A stretch of DNA of 64,000 nt. Origin: a virus. Positions 35,512 to 44,592 of the stretch are shown in pieces. The translations under genes were made by a program, and so were the position numbers. The stretch covers positions 102,892 to 166,891 of the IMG/VR virus record IMGVR_UViG_3300044972_002389, one strand, 5' to 3'. Within the stretch, counting starts at the first letter, position 1; every line of letters begins with the position of its first letter. Under the pieces are notes generated by a model. That model did no database searches, had not been told where the DNA came from, and saw only the letters and a program-made list of their open reading frames with translations.

Positions 35512-36729
35512 ATGCACTACACGTTTCCCGAGATCACGCACCTGGATCAAGTGCTGGAAGCTGTCCAGGGTGTGGAAGGCTTCATTGTAGCCCAGCGGCC
35601 CTGGGGCACTGTGGTCAACTACATTCAGATGGGCCCGGACATGTTCCCCGAGGTCCATACTGCTGGAGGCAGCGCCAGCATGCGCGAGCGGCAGACTCGA
35701 CTCAAGGCTATCCGCCGGGAGTGTAGGGGGCTGCTGTTCAGCCTTGATGGAAAGTTGGTGAGCCGCGCATTTCAGAAGTTTTGGAACGTGGGCGAACGGC
35801 GCGAGACTTTGATTGAAAACATCGATCTCACTCAGCCACACATCATCCTTGAGAAGTTGGATGGAAGTATGATTCGTGCTCTACCTCTAGGTAAGGGCTA
35901 CTGTCTTGCAACCAAGATGGGGCCCACTGCTGTAGCAGCACAGGTTGAGCCGTTCGTGGCAACTCGAGACAACTATGACCGATTTATCCGAGACACACTG
36001 GAGCAGGGATACACTGCCTGTTTCGAGTGGTGTACTCGTCAACAAAAGATTGTGTGTGATTATCCAGTTGATCGACTGGTGCTGACTGCTGTGCGTCACA
36101 TCAACTCGGGTGAGTATCTCACCTACTCTCAGATGCAGGAACTGGCGGCCGAGTATGAGCTGGATCTAGTCAAGGCCTATCCTGGTACTGTGGCTAGCAT
36201 GGAGCAGCTCGTTCGGGAGACGCATGAGCTGGAAGGCGAGGAGGGGTGGATCATCCGGTGGGATGATGGACATATGGCCAAGTTGAAATCGGCCTGGTAT
36301 GTGCGTATCCACCGTGCCAAGGATGCTCTCACGCAGGAGAAGAACCTCATCGACCTCATGCTGGCGGAAAAGCTGGACGACGTCAAGAGCTTTCTGCCTG
36401 TGGAGGACCTGGCTCGCATCGACGCCTACGAGAACGCCTTCTGGACGGGTGTGGGGCAAACTGCCTACATATGGAAGGACCAGTATGTCAAGCTCCGGCG
36501 GCAGTTTGGTGACGATAGAAAGCGGTTTGCACTGGAGGCAGCACCGGGTCTTGAGCCCAACCTGCGTAGTGCTGTGTTCAAGGTCTGGGCCCGTGAGGGC
36601 CACGTGGACTGGCGTGAGCTGGTGTGCGATGTGATCCGCAAATGCACTGGCACGCAGACCCGGGTGGACGAGGCACGCTCACTGTTCCGTGCGCCGCGGT
36701 GGAGCCAGCAAAGTGTGGGAGACGAATGA
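35512..36729 (+). CDS. rnlA: T4 Rnl1-family RNA ligase
   Basis: Collinear matches to T4 Rnl1: [25 protein letters not shown] vs [40 protein letters not shown] vs ILTKEDGSLV (motif I KxDG); [19 protein letters not shown] vs [43 protein letters not shown] vs [24 protein letters not shown]. Confidence 0.8.
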   Translation: [405 protein letters not shown]

Positions 36730-36920
36730 TGGCCTACAAAGGTGACACGGTGAAGTTTCGAGTGAGCAGTCCCAACGGCACTTGGCGCACAGTCTCCACG
36801 CTGGAAGAGGCTGAGCAAGAGATCAAAACTCTGGTGGACACCTATGGTGTGGCCTGGGCCGCAGTGGATAGGATTGAGACCACAAGGATCCTTGTTCGGC
36901 AAGTCAAGGCTGATGAGTGA
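36726..36920 (+). CDS. hypothetical protein (about 64 aa)
   Basis: ATGATG overlapping the ligase stop. Internal Met of ORF 36624..36920. Confidence 0.4.
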   Translation: MMAYKGDTVKFRVSSPNGTWRTVSTLEEAEQEIKTLVDTYGVAWAAVDRIETTRILVRQVKADE

Positions 36921-37140
36921 CTCTTACCTTGTAACTTTGGTAGCGCCTATGTGCGATGATTTTGATCAAGTGTGTGATTGGTGCATGCAACAATGGCCGT
37001 GTAAGGAGCGGCGCTGGCATATACACTGGGCTGGATTAACAACTAGAGGCAAGGGGTGGCAAATCACTTGCAGTTTCTGGCACCAAGATGATCTCACCAT
37101 GTTCCTGCTCACATGGGCGCACCTGGTTGAATCTAGATAA
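36913..37140 (+). CDS. LTW-motif small protein family, array C member 1
   Basis: VTLVAPMCDDFDQVCDWCMQQWPC...HQDDLTMFLLTWAHLVESR. ATGA overlap. Confidence 0.55.
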   Translation: MSDSYLVTLVAPMCDDFDQVCDWCMQQWPCKERRWHIHWAGLTTRGKGWQITCSFWHQDDLTMFLLTWAHLVESR

Positions 37141-37153
37141 ACAGGCGATAGTG

Positions 37154-37393
37154 ATGGCTATACTGCCCTACACAGCCACATTGGTAGCACCCAAACTCCG
37201 GGAGCTTGACCAAGTTCAGGAATGGTGCCTACAAATGTGGCCTTGTACTCATCGAGCCACATGGTATCAAGATAATATGACAATGCAAGTATTTGCAAGG
37301 TTTGAATTCAAATGCACCTGGAGTTTTCAGTTTCGAGAAGATCTCACCATGTTCCTGCTGACCTGGAGTCATTTGGTGGACAGCCATGAGTGA
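37154..37393 (+). CDS. LTW-motif small protein family, array C member 2
   Basis: TLVAPKLRELDQVQEWCLQMWPC...FREDLTMFLLTWSHLVDSHE. Confidence 0.55.
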   Translation: MAILPYTATLVAPKLRELDQVQEWCLQMWPCTHRATWYQDNMTMQVFARFEFKCTWSFQFREDLTMFLLTWSHLVDSHE

Positions 37394-37640
37394 TGCATAT
37401 GTTGTGACAGTGATGGCTTACTCACTTGAAGAATTTATCCCAGTTTACAACTGGTGCTGCCGCATGTGGGGCGATACAAGCTTGTATCAGACTTGGTGTA
37501 TGGGTTGGGCTAATTCAGATCTTTTGCGTGGAGTATATGTTTGCGATTGGGCTTTTCAACACAAGGATGATCTCATCATGTTTTTACTGACTTGGGGTCA
37601 TTTGGTTGACTCTAGCCAAGAGGCAGAAAGTTGTGAATGA
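37386..37640 (+). CDS. LTW-motif small protein family, array C member 3
   Basis: HKDDLIMFLLTWGHLVDSSQ. Confidence 0.55.
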   Translation: MSDAYVVTVMAYSLEEFIPVYNWCCRMWGDTSLYQTWCMGWANSDLLRGVYVCDWAFQHKDDLIMFLLTWGHLVDSSQEAESCE

Positions 37641-37909
37641 CAAGTTCAAGATAACATTGAGTGCCCACACAAAGGGAGAACTCGAAGCTGTGAATCTATG
37701 GTGCCAACAGTTGTGGCCAGGTGAGTGCGGGACAGTATGGGACAGCGGATGGCCACTACCTACAACTTTTTTTTAGAGCAGGTGGCATCACTGCGTGGCG
37801 TTGCAGTTGGTGGTTGACACGCAGGGAAGATCATGCTATGTTCCTGTTGACATGGGCACATTTGGTAGAGCCGCCCCAGAATTACACAAGGTATCCTCAA
37901 AGTGAATAA
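37640..37909 (+). pseudogene. LTW-family array C member 4, split by a frame shift at a T8 homopolymer
   Basis: Frame 1 gives NDKFKITLSAHTKGELEAVNLWCQQLWPGECGTVWDSGWPLPTTFF then TAG immediately after T8 (37767-37774). The +1 frame continues RAGGITAWRCSWWLTRREDHAMFLLTWAHLVEP. Skipping one T restores a full-length paralogue. Confidence 0.45.
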
Positions 37910-37921
37910 GGACAACAAACG

Positions 37922-38305
37922 ATGACCCCGGCACAGAAAATCAAACAGCGAATCCTTCTCGATCTTGTTAACCAGGGTTCACTCAGCATTGACCCTGCTG
38001 CTATCACATCAGACAATGTGGACGAGCTTTACGAGGAGCAAGATGCCTGGGACATTGAGTGTGACTTTCGCCAAGGCGAAGTTGAAACTGGTATTCCCTG
38101 CGAATATTCCCGGCACTACGAAAGCCAGAGCGTGGCTGCCCAGATGGCAGATGGTTCCTGGGTAGGCTGGACCTACTGGTATGGTGGCGGCAAGCATGGT
38201 GAACCCGAATCCATTCCTTGGATGAGCGAGGCCTACGAACTAGACGTCAAGGAAGAGGAGAAGTTGGTGATTGTTCAAACGTTCTCAAAGAAGGGAAAAG
38301 AATGA
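37922..38305 (+). CDS. hypothetical acidic protein (127 aa)
   Basis: ORF only. Confidence 0.5.
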   Translation: MTPAQKIKQRILLDLVNQGSLSIDPAAITSDNVDELYEEQDAWDIECDFRQGEVETGIPCEYSRHYESQSVAAQMADGSWVGWTYWYGGGKHGEPESIPWMSEAYELDVKEEEKLVIVQTFSKKGKE

Positions 38306-38514
38306 ACCAGGATCTCAAAACTCGGCATATAGCACTGGCCTTGGCTCGAGCTGATGATGAATACCGTGGCTTTGAGCCTTTTCCGGAACCTCCCCTGGAT
38401 GCTGATGCGGACTGGTATCATGATCACGTGGATGGATGGCCATGGTATAAGCACATGGCAGAAAGGCTGTTGACGCAACCCAACCTCTGTGCTATCCTAC
38501 AAAACAATACATGA
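38302..38514 (+). CDS. hypothetical protein (about 70 aa)
   Basis: Internal ATG with ATGA overlap. The 3' end overlaps the next promoter. Confidence 0.4.
   Translation: MNQDLKTRHIALALARADDEYRGFEPFPEPPLDADADWYHDHVDGWPWYKHMAERLLTQPNLCAILQNNT
38470..38498 (+). promoter_or_regulatory. candidate sigma70-type promoter
   Basis: TTGACG-17-TGcTATCCT, preceding ATG 38524. Confidence 0.35.
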
Positions 38515-38523
38515 GGTAAATCC

Positions 38524-38778
38524 ATGCAATACCTGCTCACCCAAGAAGAGTATGACGCACTCCGAGCTCGACAGGAGCATGAACTCAAGCTGAGTAGAGC
38601 CAAGCTTCAGAAACTCTGCACCAGGATTGCGGACACTATGCCTGTGAAGTGGGGATGGAGCAAGGACGAGGAAGCCAAGCCCTGGGGTTGTATCCACTCT
38701 CAGCAAGAAGAATGGTATTGCGATAGCTGTCCTGTGCAGGAAATCTGTCCTGAGCCCCACAAAGAGTGGAGCAAGTGA
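38524..38778 (+). CDS. hypothetical protein (84 aa) with CxxC pair
   Basis: ORF with YCDSCPVQEICPEP. Confidence 0.5.
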   Translation: MQYLLTQEEYDALRARQEHELKLSRAKLQKLCTRIADTMPVKWGWSKDEEAKPWGCIHSQQEEWYCDSCPVQEICPEPHKEWSK

Positions 38779-39035
38779 CAGCACTCCTACTCACCATCGC
38801 ACTGGTCACAGGACTATGCTATCTGGTCAGCTTGTATCTGTCATTGTGGGTTGGTGTGTTTATGATCCTATGGATACTGTTCAGCATCGGCTGGTTTTTC
38901 CGAACCTGGGCAGTCAAGGACAAGGATGGCCCGGAAACCATGTTTGATCGGATAGTGATCTCAAGCATAATACCAGTTGCCATGCTGTTTGGATTTTTGA
39001 ATAATCTCCTACAAAAAAGGTTGGGATTGCCCTGA
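38766..39035 (+). CDS. small two-TM membrane protein
   Basis: Two long hydrophobic helices. Confidence 0.45.
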   Translation: MEQVTALLLTIALVTGLCYLVSLYLSLWVGVFMILWILFSIGWFFRTWAVKDKDGPETMFDRIVISSIIPVAMLFGFLNNLLQKRLGLP

Positions 39036-39304
39036 TGAAATCAGATATTATCAATCGCCTCACAGATCAAGCTGATGAGCATGCCAGTGACTATGTTGGC
39101 AGTCTACGCCAGCGTGGTCTTCAAGTGCTGCCCGAATACTACGAGCAAGCGTTCAGGAATAAGTTTGCTGAACTGATTGTGAGAGAATGTGCTGACATTG
39201 TGGACCGGATGGATGAGGGTCGCAATGAATACTTCCAGCGACTGGACGGGACCAAGGTCGTCACCGGAGACGTATTGAAACACTATTTTGGTATCCGGGA
39301 ATAA
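39035..39304 (+). CDS. hypothetical protein (89 aa)
   Basis: ATGA overlap. Confidence 0.45.
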   Translation: MKSDIINRLTDQADEHASDYVGSLRQRGLQVLPEYYEQAFRNKFAELIVRECADIVDRMDEGRNEYFQRLDGTKVVTGDVLKHYFGIRE

Positions 39305-39309
39305 CCAAC

Positions 39310-39618
39310 ATGCTGTGCTATAACCCAGCCCACCCACACCATCACAATCAAACATTGTGGTGTGTGTATGGGTTTGAAAGCTTTCCTGAAATTATCTGCT
39401 GCAAGATTGTCCCCCATCCCGAGTTTGGGCCCATCATCTGGGGCTACAGCGTCTACCGGGGCGTGCCAGGGTTCCGCACGCTGGGCCAAAATGTCATCAA
39501 CTGGCAGAGGGGATTGGAAGAGCGGTTTGGCCACACCATGTTTGAATTCTATACCACGCAAGAAGAGGCCTTGGAGAGGCTGCGGGAGCTTACCACCCCA
39601 GCGGCAGAGGCAGTGTGA
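39310..39618 (+). CDS. hypothetical protein (102 aa)
   Basis: ORF only. Confidence 0.45.
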   Translation: MLCYNPAHPHHHNQTLWCVYGFESFPEIICCKIVPHPEFGPIIWGYSVYRGVPGFRTLGQNVINWQRGLEERFGHTMFEFYTTQEEALERLRELTTPAAEAV

Positions 39619-39621
39619 CTT

Positions 39622-39834
39622 ATGCACTTGATGCGCACCTGGCTGTTGAATCTCAGTGATGAAGAAATCACCCAGGCTATTGACAGTTGGTTTGATCGGG
39701 AGATTTGGGATCAAACTCCCGACAAGCTGCGATGGATAGTGATTGATCTTGATCTCTACGAACAAGCCGTGCATTTGCAAAAGTGTAACTTTGATCGTGC
39801 ATATGCCCAACTCACCTGGAAAGGACCCAGCTAG
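39622..39834 (+). CDS. hypothetical protein (70 aa), possible distant LTW relative
   Basis: Ends ...AYAQLTWKGPS. Confidence 0.4.
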   Translation: MHLMRTWLLNLSDEEITQAIDSWFDREIWDQTPDKLRWIVIDLDLYEQAVHLQKCNFDRAYAQLTWKGPS

Positions 39835-40112
39835 TGCTCTATACCGTAGCTGTGAGTTATTTTGCCACAGGCGAGGGACATACCTTGAGCCTGTGGATTG
39901 GCGTTGCTAGAGACCCCCAGGATGCCCGAGAAAAGTTTCAGCAGGCTGTGCCCAATGGCAGTTTTTGGGTGCAGGGTGCAGAAACTTTTGAAGGTGTCAA
40001 TCGTGAGCATGTGGCATGCAAGTATCTGCTCACACCATTGGCACTCACAAATCTAGAGGATCCTCATTGCATGCGTGAGTTTTCTGCTCAGCTGCATTTC
40101 AACTACAGTTGA
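39834..40112 (+). CDS. hypothetical protein (92 aa)
   Basis: ORF only. Confidence 0.4.
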   Translation: MLYTVAVSYFATGEGHTLSLWIGVARDPQDAREKFQQAVPNGSFWVQGAETFEGVNREHVACKYLLTPLALTNLEDPHCMREFSAQLHFNYS

Positions 40113-40163
40113 CATAGTGACAGACATGTGCTACTGTGCAAGCTGCACAATAAGGTGTGTTCA

Positions 40164-40370
40164 ATGTTTAGGATTGAAAAACGGCTCAGCAGTTTCTTCC
40201 GCAAAAACAGCTTGCGTGGTGCTCCATTCAAGCAATGGACCTTGCACAAAACCTATGACAGGCTAGCTGATGCAGTTCAAGCCTATGATACGATGATCTC
40301 CAAACCCGGATACGGTATGAATTGGCGCATTGTATCTGGAGATACTGTAGTCAAACAAAAGAACAAATAG
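40164..40370 (+). CDS. hypothetical protein (about 68 aa)
   Basis: Internal Met of ORF 40128..40370. Confidence 0.35.
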   Translation: MFRIEKRLSSFFRKNSLRGAPFKQWTLHKTYDRLADAVQAYDTMISKPGYGMNWRIVSGDTVVKQKNK

Positions 40371-40483
40371 ACATGGTAGCCGTATTATGAATTGGGAAAG
40401 TTTGTTGTTCCTTCTGCTGAGCATGTTGTTTGCCAGCTTGGTTGTGTTGACCACATTATTCCCATAGCACAAGGATTGAAGAA

Positions 40484-40759
40484 ATGAGCCAAGACTTGGA
40501 CGACGATTGGGATTGGGAAGAATTTTTCCGTCAATTTCCCTGTGGTGCGGCTGTGATTTTTGGTAACCATGTGGTGCATGCTGAGGGGTATCCTGAACCA
40601 GTCTCGGACATTGACGAAACTGAATTGCGCAAAGAGTTGGCAGAAGATCACGAGCTGGAACTGACCCTTCTCCGAGATTACTCAGTCATACGATTGGAAG
40701 GAGATAACTGGCGCCAGTTGATGCAGCAGTATGCAGGTGCAGATGGCACGCAGAAATAA
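40484..40759 (+). CDS. hypothetical acidic protein (91 aa)
   Basis: ORF only. Confidence 0.45.
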   Translation: MSQDLDDDWDWEEFFRQFPCGAAVIFGNHVVHAEGYPEPVSDIDETELRKELAEDHELELTLLRDYSVIRLEGDNWRQLMQQYAGADGTQK

Positions 40760-40982
40760 GACGCCACAACGGATCAAACCCCGCCGAGGATGGCACCGCG
40801 TGGTGTTGCCCAATGTACCCAATCCTTGGCGTGAGTTACTGACGGGCATGCCATCAACTGTGTCAAAGATTGACGACTGGCTGGCAGAAAACACCTCTGG
40901 CAAATGTGAGCAGTTTCGCTACAACACATGGGACTTCAAACGCCAAGAAGATGCCCTGTTGTTTACCTTGACGTGGGGATAG
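40743..40982 (+). CDS. LTW-motif small protein family, array D member 1
   Basis: WDFKRQEDALLFTLTWG. Confidence 0.5.
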   Translation: MARRNKTPQRIKPRRGWHRVVLPNVPNPWRELLTGMPSTVSKIDDWLAENTSGKCEQFRYNTWDFKRQEDALLFTLTWG

Positions 40983-40983
40983 C

Positions 40984-41319
40984 ATGGAAATAAAAATCAC
41001 CAAACAAACTGTCCTTGCCCCTGTGCGTAAGTTGAGCGCAACTTGGACAATGGAAAAACCACAAACATTGAAACACACTGTGAGCGATGAGATCGAGCAA
41101 CTTATCCAGGAAGAGATCAACAGTGAAATTTTAGCCGAAATATATCGAGTCCAAGGATGGTATCTTGTACCCCTCACTGCTCACAGCGTCTGGACAAAAG
41201 GCGCAGTGACGCCATGGCTCTTGGAACATTACCCAGATGGTGGTTACTATCTCTTCACTGGTGGTTGCATGTTCCGGGACAAAGAGATGGCTGTGGAGTT
41301 TGAGCTCACATGGACATAA
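40984..41319 (+). CDS. LTW-motif small protein family, array D member 2
   Basis: FRDKEMAVEFELTWT. Confidence 0.5.
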   Translation: MEIKITKQTVLAPVRKLSATWTMEKPQTLKHTVSDEIEQLIQEEINSEILAEIYRVQGWYLVPLTAHSVWTKGAVTPWLLEHYPDGGYYLFTGGCMFRDKEMAVEFELTWT

Positions 41320-41522
41320 TACCCAAGTTCAGTTTCCTGCATCGTGTGGAATATCGGGATCTGCCCGAAGACCCGAGAGTTATGAACTATGGAGAATCTC
41401 GCACACAAATGATCATATGGTGCTGGAAAAATCTTCCTTTGAGCGATTGGTCGCATGACCCCTTGGGTATTGATTTCAAGCATCAAGAAGGTCTCATGCA
41501 GTTTATGTTAACGTGGACATGA
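41310..41522 (+). CDS. LTW-motif small protein family, array D member 3
   Basis: FKHQEGLMQFMLTWT. Confidence 0.5.
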   Translation: MDIIPKFSFLHRVEYRDLPEDPRVMNYGESRTQMIIWCWKNLPLSDWSHDPLGIDFKHQEGLMQFMLTWT

Positions 41523-41740
41523 TTGTTACCAAGTGCTTGCCCGGCGGTGGATGGTATGCCGAAGTCATGCTGGACGATAGTGAATGGCCACCAATTGATG
41601 AAAATGACCAATGGTTAGACAGACCCATTCGACGTTGGGTAAGAGAACACACTGAGGGAGCACATTTTTTCAGTTTTAGGGGAACAATACTGTTCAGTAA
41701 CGAAAGTGATCTCACAGCGTTTGTGGTCTCTTGGTCATAA
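41513..41740 (+). CDS. LTW-motif small protein family, array D member 4
   Basis: SNESDLTAFVVSWS. Confidence 0.5.
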   Translation: MDMIVTKCLPGGGWYAEVMLDDSEWPPIDENDQWLDRPIRRWVREHTEGAHFFSFRGTILFSNESDLTAFVVSWS

Positions 41741-41988
41741 CACGTAGAGTGGCCCGCTTTTTGGAAAAGGAGAAGGATCCTCTCTACCCTTATCCGGTTG
41801 TGTTTGACAACATGGAAGTCTCTGAGGCTGAAATACTTCGAGCCTGGCTAAGACAGCATGGTGGCCGAGAAAACGAGGATTGGGCTTGGACTCATGGATG
41901 GTGGGGAGATACCGTTCACTGTTTTAGGTTTCGAGATCCTTGCACAGCAGAGTTTTTCCGCTTGACTTGGCACCCAACAAGCGTATAG
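41731..41988 (+). CDS. LTW-motif small protein family, array D member 5
   Basis: FRDPCTAEFFRLTWHP. Confidence 0.5.
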   Translation: MVITRRVARFLEKEKDPLYPYPVVFDNMEVSEAEILRAWLRQHGGRENEDWAWTHGWWGDTVHCFRFRDPCTAEFFRLTWHPTSV

Positions 41989-42149
41989 TTGCAGTATGAA
42001 ATACGACTCAGATATATGGTGTTGTGAGATTCTGCTGGCACGCTATCAGCAAGGATGTTTACAACATACCAATCTATCTTCTTGCCCTGATTTTTTGGTG
42101 AATTGGGCAGCACAATCTCAATTGTTTTGTAGGCAGTGGAAAACAAAAA

Positions 42150-42578
42150 ATGAACACCAATAATCCCAAAACTGTTTGGCACGAGGATGGAACCAGCCCA
42201 GTTCCTGGCTCGCGTGTATTTGTTTTTGGCAGCAATCTCGCTGGCATTCACGGTGCCGGAGCGGCCCGGGAGGCTGCCGCTAAATTTGGTGCCCTGTATG
42301 GTTGCGGCCATGGCTGGCAACCTCTCAATCAAAGCTATGCCATTCCCACCAAGGACCGTCGAATCCACACCCTAGCTTTGGATGAGATCAAACTCTATAT
42401 TGATGAATTTGTGCGACTCACACAAAGCCCGTTTGTTATGAATAGTGGTTATTGGGTCACCCGAGTGGGCTGTGGCCTAGCTGGTTACCAAGACCACGAC
42501 ATTGCACCATTGTTCCGTGGCGCAGTAAATTGCAGTTTTCCTTTGCCTTGGCGCCAGTATTTGGAGCTTGAGACTTGA
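42150..42578 (+). CDS. hypothetical protein with Gly-rich GSNxxGxHGxGAA motif
   Basis: VFVFGSNLAGIHGAGAAREAAAKFGALYGCGHG suggests a nucleotide-binding Rossmann/SLOG-like fold, unassigned. Confidence 0.5.
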   Translation: MNTNNPKTVWHEDGTSPVPGSRVFVFGSNLAGIHGAGAAREAAAKFGALYGCGHGWQPLNQSYAIPTKDRRIHTLALDEIKLYIDEFVRLTQSPFVMNSGYWVTRVGCGLAGYQDHDIAPLFRGAVNCSFPLPWRQYLELET

Positions 42579-42883
42579 TTGACATAGCTTTTCCTAATAG
42601 CCGCATTGGGCACTACATGCGGGTCACAAAGAGGTCTGGAAAGTGGGTGATGCAACAAAGCTACATTGCACTGATTCACAAAATCGCCACCACCGAAGAC
42701 TGCTATTACCTTGACTTCTACAAAAGCCGAGATAATGCCACAATGCTGGAGTGGTGCCAAAACGCATGGGGTCCGCCAGAGGTTGGTGAAACATGGTGGC
42801 AAAAGCTCACTGGGCAAGCTCAACTCACACTTGTGATACGTGGCGAAGAGCGTGTCACGCAATGGCAACTAACCTGGGAGTAA
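42575..42883 (+). CDS. LTW-motif family member (array E)
   Basis: WCQNAWGPPEVGETWW...RGEERVTQWQLTWE. Confidence 0.45.
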   Translation: MIDIAFPNSRIGHYMRVTKRSGKWVMQQSYIALIHKIATTEDCYYLDFYKSRDNATMLEWCQNAWGPPEVGETWWQKLTGQAQLTLVIRGEERVTQWQLTWE

Positions 42884-42887
42884 GCCA

Positions 42888-43175
42888 ATGAGCAGTGAAT
42901 ATCAGCATTTGAAAACTCTTGCATCGGAAATTTTCCGGCTGATGGGCGAGGAGAGTTTCACAGAGATAGACAGCATCTTGAGCAATATGCAGCCTACACT
43001 TCAAACAGAAGTAGAGATGGTGGCACTGCTACGCTACAGTTTTACAGCTCGGCATCATCTCACCTGTTACCATATCTATCTTGACGCAGTAGCACAGGAA
43101 TTGCTGCGTCGTGGCAAAGATGTGGAGAGGATTTTGCAGGGACTGCCCTTCTACAGCATCGATAGGTATCCATGA
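42888..43175 (+). CDS. hypothetical protein (95 aa)
   Basis: ORF only. Confidence 0.4.
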   Translation: MSSEYQHLKTLASEIFRLMGEESFTEIDSILSNMQPTLQTEVEMVALLRYSFTARHHLTCYHIYLDAVAQELLRRGKDVERILQGLPFYSIDRYP

Positions 43176-43438
43176 GTCAGCAGGCTGCGCAGACTAGGGA
43201 GGCACATTTGTTGAATCACCAACCAGTTGACTGGGCAGATGATGTGATGGGGTTTCCCTACGCAGTCGCATGCAAGGTCACAGTGGTGGATTTGTGGCTT
43301 CGAACCAACTGGTGCAAGCAAAACATTGGCTGCTGGTTGGTAGATTGGACTCACACATATGATAACCACCGGCAGGTGTATTGGTACTGTTTCTCTAGTC
43401 AGGAGCAATTGACACAGTTTCAACTCACATGGTGTTGA
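43172..43438 (+). CDS. LTW-motif family member (array E)
   Basis: WLRTNWCKQNIGCW...SSQEQLTQFQLTWC. Confidence 0.5.
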   Translation: MSQQAAQTREAHLLNHQPVDWADDVMGFPYAVACKVTVVDLWLRTNWCKQNIGCWLVDWTHTYDNHRQVYWYCFSSQEQLTQFQLTWC

Positions 43439-43702
43439 ACGTTTCACAAGAAGGAAGGAACAGGTGATTCGTATGGTTTTGCAGAAAATTTATCAACAAA
43501 ATCAATGGTATGATAGCTTAAGTGGACATTACGTGCACCCCTACAAAGTTCCTGTTGTTTCTCACGCCCCAAGCGGTTGCATTCGCCCGGGACATCTATT
43601 GGGTTATACTTTTCTCAGGCACTCCTATGTTCCTCTATCTCATGTGGGGCTTATGGCACTGTGGCGCTTTCCGTATGTGATCAAGAACAAGCGTCAGCAA
43701 CG

Positions 43703-43733
43703 TTGACACACAACAACAATCCGTTACTATAAT
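43703..43733 (+). promoter_or_regulatory. candidate sigma70-type promoter
   Basis: CGTTGACA followed by TACTATAAT, then AAGGAG and ATG 43753. Confidence 0.4.
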
Positions 43734-43752
43734 ATTACAAAAGGAGACTACT

Positions 43753-44124
43753 ATGCGAATTCAGGTGCCATTCAAGCCAGGCTACCGTTTCTGGAGCCCG
43801 CGTGTGCTCCGTCGAAGCGAGCTGGTCACCATCACGCATGAGTGCAAGGAGTATTCTCGGCGAGAAGAAACTCTTGAGATCAGTGCCCGGCACAAGGAGA
43901 TCACCAGTGTTGAAATCACACTGAACCAAACTGGTGAGTCCAAGTTTCGCTATTGGGCTGTGACTGTGGGAAAGACAATGGCTATACACACTCTTGTTGA
44001 TCCCTATTCGGGATTCAGCAATGAGCAAGATGCAACAGAGTTCGCTCGTCTCTGGCGAGATACACAGAGCACTGAATATTTTGGTAGCCCAATTGGCGAG
44101 TGCCATGATTACGACCATGAGTGA
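43753..44124 (+). CDS. hypothetical protein (123 aa)
   Basis: Promoter and RBS upstream. Confidence 0.5.
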   Translation: MRIQVPFKPGYRFWSPRVLRRSELVTITHECKEYSRREETLEISARHKEITSVEITLNQTGESKFRYWAVTVGKTMAIHTLVDPYSGFSNEQDATEFARLWRDTQSTEYFGSPIGECHDYDHE

Positions 44125-44317
44125 CGAAGTCATCAATTATGTGATTGCACGTCCTTGGGATACTCAAGAGCCCAACAATCTCTGCATCTATCACTTGCAC
44201 AGTGAAGTGCATCGTGGCACAATAGAGGATGCAATGCTGACCTTGTCTCGTGTGCAACAGAGTAATCCTGGTTTTGAATATGAGGTATATGAGGTGTTTT
44301 ACAGGAAGTTAAGTTGA
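44119..44317 (+). CDS. hypothetical protein (about 66 aa)
   Basis: ATGAGTGA start/stop overlap. Internal Met of ORF 43994..44317. Confidence 0.35.
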
Positions 44318-44592
44318 TGGGTTGGTTTGATAACTGCACAAAGGTTTGTCTATCGGGCCAAATACCCTGTAACTGTGATTTCATGCCGGGTCAGCAGGTG
44401 TTTCTCACAAGCAAGGACAGAGATCGTCATGCTGAAGACTATGCAAGTAGGAAAACCAATTGGAGTGCGCCTTTTGAACCTTGGGTTGTGGAAACATGGC
44501 GCAGGTGTAGTGAAGCAACAGGCGCAGACAAAGTTGCCCAGAAAGTGCGTGACCGTTTGACCAACAGGCCTGTCTTTGCCAAACGACCTTAA
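44314..44592 (+). CDS. hypothetical protein (92 aa)
   Basis: ATGA overlap. Cys-rich N-terminus. Confidence 0.4.
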   Translation: MMGWFDNCTKVCLSGQIPCNCDFMPGQQVFLTSKDRDRHAEDYASRKTNWSAPFEPWVVETWRRCSEATGADKVAQKVRDRLTNRPVFAKRP

